A DNA stretch of 64,000 bases from a virus (Duplodnaviria; Caudoviricetes). The translations under genes and the position numbers were made by a program. Position 1 is the stretch's first letter; every line of letters begins with the position of its first letter. Location: positions 26,121 to 90,120 of the IMG/VR virus record IMGVR_UViG_3300037067_006927; one strand, given 5' to 3'. Positions 62,687 to 64,000 of this stretch are shown in pieces. Below the pieces are notes generated by a model. It saw nothing but the letters and a program-made list of their open reading frames with translations, was not told where the DNA came from and made no database searches.

Positions 62687-62853
62687 GCCTCACCAACCGG
62701 GAATGCTCAGTGGGTGAGGCTCTTGCCGGCTACAGCTCGCGCTAGCGGGCCCATGTTGCCGGCTCCGCCAAGCTCACCGGGAAACCGGAGGCGGCACGAA
62801 AGTGACAGAGCCTGGGCCCGATCGTCGCGAGGCGGTCGGGCCTGTTCATTTCT
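62687..62853 (+). ncRNA. candidate structured ncRNA ending in an intrinsic terminator
   Basis: stems GCCTCACC/GGTGAGGC, CCGCC/GGCGG, CCGG-GAAA-CCGG, CAC-GAAA-GTG; then hairpin 62815-62842 plus T-rich tail. Confidence 0.4.
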
Positions 62854-63031
62854 TCGCCGCCACGTGGTCGTAAAAACTGATCTTCCCGCCACGCGCCCGC
62901 CCGTTCGCCCGCCGGCAATGCCAGCGCCACACCTCGAGCACGCACCGGTAACAGGCGCGGCCGCTCGGGTGGTAGACGGCACCGGTGGCAGGATGCCAGG
63001 CGCCGTGGCAGATGGTGCAGGTGGGAGTCAC
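62846..63031 (-). CDS. small Zn-finger early protein
   Basis: CTIC...CYRC. Confidence 0.6.
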   Translation of the reverse strand: MTPTCTICHGAWHPATGAVYHPSGRACYRCVLEVWRWHCRRANGRARGGKISFYDHVAAKK

Positions 63032-63051
63032 GTGGTACCGTAATCACTCCT

Positions 63052-63136
63052 GGAGATGTGGCCGAGCGGTCGAAGGCAGCCGGTTTGAACCCGGCAGACC
63101 CACCCGGGTCCGGGGGTACGAATCCCTCCCTCTCCA
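63052..63136 (+). tRNA. tRNA-Ser(UGA), atypical
   Basis: GGAGATG acceptor, D-arm TGGCCGAGCGGTCGAAGGC, anticodon arm GCCGG-TTTGAAC-CCGGC (TGA at 63086-63088), long variable arm, T-arm GGGGG-TACGAAT-CCCTC. Confidence 0.85.
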
Positions 63137-63200
63137 CAGCGGCCGCGCCACGCGCCCGGACCGCAACGAGCCCCGTCGGTGAGAGCCGGCGGGGTTCGGC

Positions 63201-63395
63201 CTATTTGGACGCCTGCCGCTCCGCGTCCTCCGCCTCCCGCAGCGCGCCTTCGAGCCGCGTCATCGCCTGGTGGACATCCATCCACGCCCGGCTCGCAGCA
63301 TCGCTGGCCACGAGCAGCGACCGGAGTTGGCGATCCATCTGGGTGTGGATCGGGCGGAGTATCTCGATGGCTACGCGGGCGGCAAGGTAGGGCAT
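63201..63395 (-). CDS. small helical early protein
   Basis: 64-aa ORF preceded by the conserved intergenic motif. Confidence 0.6.
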   Translation of the reverse strand: MPYLAARVAIEILRPIHTQMDRQLRSLLVASDAASRAWMDVHQAMTRLEGALREAEDAERQASK

Positions 63396-63461
63396 GGTCG
63401 TCTCACGCGCCCAAGCCCCGGCCCCTTTCGGGGTGCGGGGCGGGCGCCGCGGGGCGGTGGG

Positions 63462-63791
63462 CTACTCGGTGTCCTCGTCCAGGTCCTCGTCGCCGCGACC
63501 GGCCGCGACCGCATCGTCCAGGCTAGCGATCCCCTCGTGGTGGACCGCGTCGCCGTTGGTGATGCTGGTGGCGCAGTGGCTCTCCTCCCACCAGATCACC
63601 CACCCGGTGTACCCGCAGCAGCGGTCAGCGGTCGAGTCATCGGTCCACGCCGTGAGCGCCTCGGGGTGCTCGGCCACGTAGTCCAGGTCGGCTGCGTCGG
63701 TGACGCCCAGTCGGTCGAGTAGGCACTCGGCGTCGTAGGTGGTGATGCTGTGATGGGTGGCGATGGCGGTGGCTGCTGTGGTCTGGGTCAT
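63462..63791 (-). CDS. acidic early protein
   Basis: GGAGGA RBS; MTQTTAATAIATHH...DEDLDEDTE. Confidence 0.7.
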   Translation of the reverse strand: MTQTTAATAIATHHSITTYDAECLLDRLGVTDAADLDYVAEHPEALTAWTDDSTADRCCGYTGWVIWWEESHCATSITNGDAVHHEGIASLDDAVAAGRGDEDLDEDTE

Positions 63792-63868
63792 GGTGCTGTG
63801 TCCTCCACGCCCCCAAGCCCCGGGGTCTTGCGACCTGCGGGGCGAGACAGGGGCCGGAGCCGGAGCCT

Positions 63869-64000
63869 TCACCGGCCGCGCCGGACGGCCCTCTCGACGG
63901 CCGCGTCGTAGGCCACCCGCATCCTGGCCACCCGGCGGGCGTGCTCCTCGCGAGTCTCGCCCGGCTCGGCGTAGCAGACCCAGAGGACGCCGCAGGTTCC
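63869..64000 (-). CDS. partial hypothetical protein (start lies outside the window)
   Basis: open frame ...GTCGVLWVCYAEPGETREEHARRVAR...RRGR-TGA. Confidence 0.5.
   Translation of the reverse strand, partial: GTCGVLWVCYAEPGETREEHARRVARMRVAYDAAVERAVRRGR

Noticed and set aside
62777-62813. RNase P RNA fragment (GGGAAACC...AAAGTG.ACAGAG echo)
   Set aside because: The conserved P4 ends (GAGGAAAGUCC and ACAGAA..CGGCUUA) are absent and the region is too short.
63086-63088. Selenocysteine or UGA-suppressor tRNA / stop-codon recoding
   Set aside because: The anticodon is UGA (reads UCA, Ser), not UCA. TGA ends most genes normally, with frequent ATGA/GTGA coupling.
1-64000. Integrated prophage boundaries or integrase
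   Set aside because: No host genes, recombinase or attL/attR pair is visible in this window, so lifestyle cannot be decided here.

Overview
The whole window is one continuous stretch of a high-GC (roughly two-thirds GC by eye) tailed dsDNA phage with a contractile, Mu-like tail. I see no host housekeeping genes, integrase, transposase, reverse transcriptase or CRISPR array. Left to right, mostly on the + strand: (1) 1-16.9 kb, early/middle genes: YkgJ-like Cys protein, SLOG/YspA protein, LexA-type HTH, two beta-class DNA methyltransferases (one fused to ParB), replication initiator, primase, DnaB-like helicase, ThyX, SSB, RtcB and many small ORFs. (2) 17.4-27.3 kb, packaging and head: TerS, TerL, DUF935 portal, HK97-type prohead protease/scaffold, cement, major capsid, adaptor. 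(3) 27.3-48 kb, tail: sheath, tube, chaperones with a -1 frameshift, tape measure, Mu-like baseplate, fibres and an antisense myxobacterial-style lipoprotein moron. (4) 48-53.8 kb, an enlarged lysis-like region: holin candidate, lipoproteins, papain-like peptidase, Dam-like MTase, three putative peptidoglycan hydrolases, orphan HicB. (5) 54-60 kb, a second appendage module, then a pyrophosphohydrolase-phosphoesterase-PQ-loop transporter cluster. (6) 60-64 kb, a triple-palindrome site, small minus-strand early genes with a duplicated 32-bp promoter/operator and a tandem RHH regulator, a candidate ncRNA and a deviant tRNA-Ser(UGA). A Myxococcota host (probably Polyangiaceae-like) is inferred from lipoprotein style only. 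The most unusual signals are: a small head-protein domain appended to TerL; a domain shared between a free-standing gene and an insertion in the tail sheath; the triple palindrome; and the repeated leaderless promoter/RHH circuit. All family assignments come from motifs recognised by eye; no database search was run.
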